Shown here piece by piece: positions 63,531 to 64,000 of a stretch of 64,000 nt of DNA. Position 1 is the stretch's first letter. Each line of letters begins with the position of its first letter. Source of the DNA: Octopus sinensis (Eukaryota); NCBI RefSeq assembly GCF_006345805.1, contig NC_043014.1:36022001-36086000 (forward strand), given 5' to 3'. A model generated the notes under the pieces. The model saw only the letters and a program-made list of their open reading frames with translations. It was not told the origin of the DNA and searched no databases. The position numbers and the translations under genes are program-made.

Positions 63531-64000
63531 AAACATTATTAATTTTTTAATTATGGCAAAATCATCCACAACAGAGAAGTATTGACAGGAAAATGACAAA
63601 ATGTGTCAAAAACTGCGACGTTTGTGTCCGAAACTGGTTAATCGGGGGGTGGGGAGACCAGTTCTTCGTCGTGATAACGACCAGCCTTGCCGCCTTCCGT
63701 GTGATTAGACGAGTCGCCCAGAACGGACCGCCACTCCTCGTCTCCCCCTAATCTTAGGTACGCTACTGGAATCCTTCGCATGTAGCAGATTCCACAAATG
63801 GAGAGTGAAACACTGTTGTACAGGGTCAAGACCATTATTAACGTATCACTGAATATTTTTGAGATATTTTAGTCAAGAGTAAAATGAAATGAGCTCAACT
63901 AAAGTTCGAAACCAAGTTAGGCACTCATTGCACTTCTACTCCTAAGTACCAAACAAATTCGTTTTTTTTTTTTTTATTTTTTATTTTTTCATTTATTCTC

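Overview
Eukaryotic, AT-rich, repeat-dense genomic DNA. The SINE families, (TA/CA)n load and RTE/Penelope/Helitron content suggest an octopus or other coleoid cephalopod; this is an inference and no database search was run. One host gene can be assembled by hand on the minus strand from about 47.75 kb to at least 6.36 kb. It has seven phase-compatible GT-AG exons (987 nt) and an uncertain eighth. It encodes a roughly 330-340 aa type I membrane protein: signal peptide, Cys-rich V/I-like Ig domain, C2-like Ig domain, P/T stalk, transmembrane helix and a tyrosine-motif tail. The rest is mostly mobile DNA: three tRNA-headed SINE families, a decayed RTE LINE and many copies of its 3' UTR, two oppositely oriented Helitrons (one with an open 523-codon PIF1 helicase frame), mariner and Tc1 relics, TTAA MITEs, a Penelope-like fragment with a degenerate hammerhead ribozyme, Tx1- and CR1-like 3' ends, a 22-bp minisatellite, a 765-bp triplication and several palindromes. 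There is a 100-N gap at 9311-9410. No CRISPR array, rRNA or true tRNA gene was seen. Repeat boundaries were set by eye and are approximate; exon boundaries were counted base by base.
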